A stretch of 13,419 bases of DNA from Octopus sinensis (Eukaryota), in assembly GCF_006345805.1 (NCBI RefSeq), contig NW_021826115.1, positions 1-13,419 of the forward strand. The letters run 5' to 3'. Each line of letters starts with the position of its first letter. The stretch's first letter is position 1. Shown here piece by piece: positions 8,648 through 13,419 of this stretch. The translations under genes were made by a program, and so were the position numbers. The notes beneath the pieces are model-generated. The model saw nothing but the letters and a program-made list of their open reading frames with translations. It searched no databases and was not told where the DNA came from.

Positions 8648-8751
8648 TCCCTTCCTTTTACTTTCTCTCTATAACGTTATAGAGAGAAGGTGAAAGGAAG
8701 GGATGTAGACGCTATCGAACGACGTTATAGAGAGAACGTGAAAGGAAGGGA
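8648..8751. repeat. 56-bp spacerless palindrome (8648-8703) with a direct copy of its right arm (8722-8751)
   Basis: 28-bp arms centred on AACGTT; 26 of 28 pairs are Watson-Crick and the other 2 are G.T. 8674-8703 and 8722-8751 match at 29 of 30 positions. Confidence 0.95.
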
Positions 8752-8789
8752 GGAAAGAGAGTGAGTGATGGAGGAAGACAGATACATAA

Positions 8790-9010
8790 AAGAATGTGAG
8801 TAGACTTGTCAAAGTGCGTTTTTGGCCCTAGCAACGACATCTTTTAAGATGGGGATTTCTAGCCCACTTGCATCCTCGCCTCATTTTACATGACCCTGTA
8901 AATTTTGGAGTCAATCCGACGGGATCTAGTGGCTTTTAACCCGTTCTCAATGCCAAAACCAGACAAACAAACAAACAAACTTTTCGCATTTCAGATTTAT
9001 AATATAGAGA
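8790..9010 (-). mobile_element. Helitron-like 5' terminal region with no 3' terminator of its own found
   Basis: The minus strand begins A|TCTCTATATTATAAATCTGAAATGCGAAAAG followed by (TTTG)n. This is the same TC + TATA-rich + short simple-repeat layout as the 5' end of the 5966-6478 Helitron. No hairpin+CTAG|T end was seen between 7675 and 8790. The left boundary is a guess. Confidence 0.55.
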
Positions 9011-9166
9011 TATAAGTGACGTGATTATCAATATATATTCCTACTTCTAAATTAAAATATATCTATTATCTATTTACAAATAGGAAACATATAAAAGTAG
9101 CGCTACTTAAACAGTAACCAAACCGGTTATAAAAAATCTGTAAGAATTTGACAAATTAAGTAAATA

Positions 9167-9669
9167 TAACTGATTGGAAGTGTTATCATGTATATTGATT
9201 TCTCTTGGTATAAAAGATGTGCTACAACAAATATTCTGTTCAATGCCACAGATTTGCTGGTCAGTAGCTTCACCATAACCAGTTGCGCTTGTCTCTTGAT
9301 GCCTGACGATATGTCCATCACAAGCAGAAGTAGTGGAGGAGCATCATAGCCATGTGTCGAGAGAAATTCTTTGGGGTTTCGATAATTCACCTTTGGAAAA
9401 ATGGGTATTTCGTTCAACATCCTTAAACAACCCTTATTCAGGGACCTTTTGAGTGGGATGGGCTATTCGACCAGAAGAAAATCCTAACTGGGCCCCACCT
9501 GTAAGGTCATGTGCTGTTTATCTTAATATGAGATCACCATGTCGCACACATACGGTTGTGATGTATATGCCTGATGTACCCTTATCAGACGGGTAGTCAT
9601 GATGGGTATACTGGGCTTCGTATATTTTACCCCAGTGTCACTTTGATGTCATGCACTGCTCTCTCACTC
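9167..9669. mobile_element. (AAT)n-associated interspersed repeat, copy 1 (left-truncated, most diverged)
   Basis: Colinear with 10040-10540 from TAACTGATTGGAAG to CTCTCTCACTC. Confidence 0.85.
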
Positions 9670-9830
9670 AATGTTAATAATGATGATGGTGATGATGGTG
9701 AGGATAATGATAATGGCCATGATGATCATCATGACAACAACACTGGTGTCATGACGAAAAGTAATAGTAAATAGTAACAATAGAATAATATGATAATAAT
9801 AATAATAATGATATAATAATAATAATAATA

Positions 9831-9869
<39 letters not shown>

Positions 9870-9933
9870 TGATGATGATGATAATAATATCAACAACAAC
9901 AACAACAACAACAACACAGCAACAACAACAACC

Positions 9934-9981
<48 letters not shown>

Positions 9982-9991
9982 TAATAATAAT
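9670..9991. repeat. Compound microsatellite (GAT)n/(AAT)n/(CAA)n
   Basis: Directly visible. Confidence 0.95.
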
Positions 9992-9996
9992 GAATT

Positions 9997-10540
9997 CCCT
10001 GATGCAGTACCAGGCAGTGGCTCTCATGGCTTCTGATCTTAACTGATTGGAAGTGTTATCATGTACATTGTTTTTCTTGGTATAAAAGATGGGCTACAGC
10101 AAATATTCTGCTCAATACCACAGATTTGCTTGTCAGTTGTTTGACCTTAACCAGTTGAGCATGTCCCTTAGTGGCTGACGATATGGGCATCTCTGATCAC
10201 GAGCAGAAGTAGTGGGGGAGCATCATAGCCATGTATTGAGAGGGATTCTTTGGGGTTTGAATAATTCATCTCTGGATGTTTCGTTCAACATCCTTAAACA
10301 ACCCTCATTCAGGGACCTTTTGAGCGGAATGGGCTACTCGACCAGAAGAAAATTCTAACTGGACCCCACCAGCAAGGTCATTCGCTGTTTATCATGATAA
10401 GAGATCACCATGTCGCGCACATATGGTTGTGATGCATATGCCTGGTGTACCCTTATCAGACGGGTAGTCATGATGGGTATATTGGGCTTCGTATATTTTA
10501 CCCCAGTGTCACTTTGATGGCATGAACTGCTCTCTCACTC
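9997..10540. mobile_element. (AAT)n-associated interspersed repeat, copy 2 (apparently full length, 544 bp)
   Basis: Runs from CCCTGATGCAGTACC to CTCTCTCACTC with (AAT)n on both sides. No recognisable protein motif or Pol III boxes were found. Confidence 0.85.
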
Positions 10541-10562
10541 AATAATAATAATAATAATAATA

Positions 10563-10879
10563 GATGCAGTACCAGGCAGTGGATCTCGTGGCTTCTGATC
10601 TTAACTGATTGGAAGTGTTATCATGTACATTGTTTTGTCTTGGTATAAAAGATGGGCTACAGCAAATATTCTGCTCAATACCACAAATTTGCTTGTCAGT
10701 TGTGTGACCATAACCAGTTGAGCCTGTCCCTTAGTGGCTGACGATATGGGCATCTCTGATCACAAGCAGAAGTAGTGGAGGAGCATCATAGTCATGTGTT
10801 GAGAGGGATTCTTTGGGGTTTGAATAATTCACCACTGGAAACAACACTTATGTAAGGTCCTTTGGGGCTACTCGACCTG
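10563..10879. mobile_element. (AAT)n-associated interspersed repeat, copy 3 (right-truncated, internal deletions)
   Basis: Starts after (AAT)7 (10541-10561). About 95% identical to copy 2 over about 275 bp (manual count: about 12 substitutions and 1 indel). It then skips through an AAAC microhomology and ends at GGGCTACTCGACCTG. Confidence 0.85.
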
Positions 10880-10906
10880 TGCAGCTTTGGAATAAGCGCA
10901 GGCTTA

Positions 10907-11013
10907 GGCGCAGGCGTGAATAAATCTAGGCATGACTATGAAATAGGAATTTCCTTCTCAACCACATGGCTCTGTGTTCCATCCCTCTGTATGACATCTT
11001 GGACTAGTGTCTT
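10907..11013 (+). mobile_element. Old degenerate head of SINE family 2
   Basis: GGCGCAGGCGTG...CTCAACCACATGGCTCTGTGTTCCATCCCTCTGTATGACATCTTGGACTAGTGTCTT aligns with GGCACAGGAGTG...CCAACCACATGGTTTCGGGTTCAGTCCCACTGCGTGGCCCCTTGGGCAAATGTCTT (reverse complement of the 13363 end). Confidence 0.7.
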
Positions 11014-11608
11014 GGTGCGAAGACGTAGAAAGCCCCAAAATATCTGACACCAACACTATTCGACCACACACAGATTAGATTTTCCCATAAGCATGAGAAT
11101 AAATTACTAAATAAAATGAATTCAGCTCTAGCTCTTTTTCAGTAATACGCTAGTGTAAATTTTCTTACTACGACTAAGAACAAGATTTAGAGTCGGGAAA
11201 ATTATTTACGGACATTATTCAATACACCCATACATATATACATATTACATTTACCTGGATTCATGCCACTGGCTTATAATGCTTAGTTTTCTTAGGTCAG
11301 GTTTGTTTTTATTCCTACATTTGAGGGTGCACACATTTATATATGTATCTATGAACGAAATATATAAGTTTATAAATACATATCTGTAAGCACGTATACA
11401 TATGTATATACGCACAGATATAACCATACACACAATCACACAGGCATATATCTATATATGCATATCTAAATACACACACACACACACACACCCACACACC
11501 ATAATATATATATAGTTATACATATATAAGCATATCATATATATACATGCATAAACGTATATACCACATATTTATACATACCGACATACACAAATGCATA
11601 CATACATA

Positions 11609-11610
<2 letters not shown>

Positions 11611-11673
<63 letters not shown>
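11611..11673. repeat. Perfect (AT)n microsatellite within a TA/CA low-complexity zone (about 11330-12310)
   Basis: Directly visible. Confidence 0.95.
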
Positions 11674-11674
<1 letters not shown>

Positions 11675-12065
11675 CTATACATATATACGTAAATCCTATA
11701 TGTATGTACTACTATACATATATGCGTATATCATATATATATATATATATATTATATAAAAGGGCTTAGTAAAATAAATTACTTTGCCGCATACTGAACT
11801 CATTAGAAATAGCACAGCCAAAAACTTTTTAAAGCTATTTCTAATACTTAAATAAAATCTCTCTCATATATAGTGTTTGCTTAATTCAACTCACAAAAGT
11901 TTTTTGGCTGCTATTTCTAATGAGTTCAGTATGCGGCAAGTAATTTATTTTACTAAGCCCTTTTATATAATGTAATAATTTGAATTCGCCTTGAATGGTC
12001 CCTTTGCATACTGAACACTTGGTAAATTGATTAATAATTAATTAATTTTGCCCTCAATTGTTGAA

Positions 12066-12117
<52 letters not shown>

Positions 12118-12179
12118 ATACTATACATATATACGTAAATCATATATGTATGTAACTACTATACATATATGCGTATATC

Positions 12180-12180
<1 letters not shown>
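11674..12180 (+). repeat. 60/61-bp direct repeat pair (11674-11733 and 12120-12180), each embedded in (TA)n
   Basis: The copies (ACTATACATATATACGTAAATC...GCGTATATCA) differ by 1 substitution and 1 indel. Confidence 0.9.
11750..11972. mobile_element. Inverted-repeat (MITE/foldback-like) element with about 80-bp arms
   Basis: 11751-11829 is the reverse complement of 11971-11895 apart from three small indels; the spacer is 65 bp. TA lies at 11748-11749 and 11973-11974. The true element may extend to about 12070 (see findings). Confidence 0.8.
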
Positions 12181-12210
<30 letters not shown>

Positions 12211-12916
12211 CGTTATATATAATTTATATATATATTTATGTAATATGTATATATACATTTACCTACATTACATATTCATACATACCTACGCTCACACACA
12301 CATATATTAGCCTCATCATTCTTATACTTCTCACTCCTGTCTAAGCTCTCTCCCTCTCCTCCTTCTACTCCTTTTCTCTCTCTCTCTCTCACTCTCTCTC
12401 CCTTTTTCTTTCACCTCTGTCACTATCTTATCTGTTTCTCCTTTCTCTTCACAAAGGTGTATTTAGGTGTGTCTGTACAGAGCAAAATAGATTCATTGTT
12501 GTGACAGTACTTAGGCATGCGTAAAGAGGAATGTACACTGTATTTATTATAATTGTAAAATTTTCGCTGAAAGGAGAATGAACCTCTACATACACGTTTT
12601 TCAGATGGCAGAAATACTTTATCAATGGCAGTTATAGTATATATGAGAAATTTCGCTATGGTTAGCTTTTATGATTGTTAAATCATTCGTGTGATTGTAT
12701 GTAGGTATCTCTGAACTACTCACCGCAACACGCACATAGATACATAGAAACGTACATGCACACACACATTCATATATATATGTGGATAGATACATACTCA
12801 CATATAGATATATGTATGCATGCATACATACATATCTATTTGTGTGTGTGTATATACATATGTATATATGTATATATACATCTCTCTCACTATATATATA
12901 TATATATACATATACT

Positions 12917-13168
12917 ATTTTACTTGTTTCAGTCATTTGACTGCGGCCATGCTGGAGCACCGCCTTTAACTGAGCAACTCGACCCCGGGACTTATTCTTT
13001 TGTAAGCCCAGTACTTATTCTATCCGTCTCTTTTGCCGAACCGCTAAGTAACGGGGACATAAACACACTAGCATCGGTTGTCAAGCTATGCTAGAGGGAC
13101 AAACACAGACACACACACACACACAGACACAGACACAGACACACACACACACACACACGCACACACAC

Positions 13169-13203
<35 letters not shown>

Positions 13204-13363
13204 GACGGGATTCTTTCAGTTTCCGTCTGCCAAATCCACTCACAAGGCTTTGTCGGCCCGAGGCTATAGTAGAAGACATTTGCCCAAGGGGCCACGCAGT
13301 GGGACTGAACCCGAAACCATGTGGTTGGTAAACAACTACTTACCACACAGCCACTCCTGTGCC
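12917..13363 (-). mobile_element. Full-length tRNA-derived SINE (family 2) with an internal compound microsatellite
   Basis: On the minus strand: A-box-like TGGCTGTGTGG (13353-13343) and B-box-like GGTTCAGTCCC (13311-13301). These are followed by CCTTGGGCAAATG, resembling the CCTTGGGCAAGT that follows the head in CORE/MIR-type SINEs. An internal (TA)n/(TG)n/(TCTGTG)n tract occupies about 13203-13103, then about 185 bp of unique 3' part ends GAAACAAGTAAAAT. Confidence 0.85.
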
Positions 13364-13371
13364 TATATTAG

Positions 13372-13372
<1 letters not shown>

Positions 13373-13419
<47 letters not shown>
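13373..13419. repeat. (GATA)n microsatellite running off the window end
   Basis: Directly visible. Confidence 0.97.

Noticed and set aside
10175-10215. CTGACGA in the AAT-associated repeat as a hammerhead ribozyme core
   Set aside because: No stem II plus GAAA follows, so the catalytic core cannot be completed.
9167-10879. CRISPR array or classical satellite interpretation of the repeats
   Set aside because: The units are hundreds of bp, truncated, and separated by microsatellites; there are no short repeats with unique spacers and no cas genes, and the context is eukaryotic.
12440-12640. Acceptor-like sites after the CT-rich tract (CACAAAG|G, TTTTTCAG|ATG)
   Set aside because: Frames close within about 10-22 codons and no matching donor or homology supports an exon.
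12622-13381. ORFs of 62-112 aa on both strands at the right end
   Set aside because: Composed of TA/CA microsatellite and SINE sequence.

Overview
AT-rich eukaryotic non-coding DNA made almost entirely of microsatellites and decayed transposable elements. The microsatellite density and the repeat families look like an octopus (cephalopod) genome; this is recognition from memory, not a database result. No intact host gene, RNA gene or CRISPR array was found, and most supplied ORFs are low-complexity artefacts. From left to right: (1) a ~540-bp terminal-inverted-repeat element hidden in CA/TG low-complexity sequence (102-643); (2) a tRNA-derived SINE with a target-site duplication (~1997-2189); (3) a minus-strand L1/Tx1-type RT fragment (~2520-2910) next to a plus-strand L1/Tx1-type LINE that jumps from the endonuclease directly to the ORF2 C-terminus (~3400-5115); (4) a complete 513-bp non-autonomous Helitron (5966-6478); (5) a SINE head fused to an R4/Dong-clade retrotransposon remnant (6479-7674); (6) a 102-bp direct repeat, a 56-bp palindrome and a second Helitron-like 5' end (7675-9010); (7) three head-to-tail copies of a ~545-bp non-coding repeat separated by (AAT)n (9167-10879); (8) an inverted-repeat element bracketed by a duplicated flank (11674-12180); (9) a full-length SINE of a second family (12917-13363). 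The most striking observation is in the R4/Dong remnant. Its two halves lie in circularly permuted order around a (CTA)n/(TAA)n tract and have nearly complementary breakpoints, as expected if an excised circle had re-integrated.
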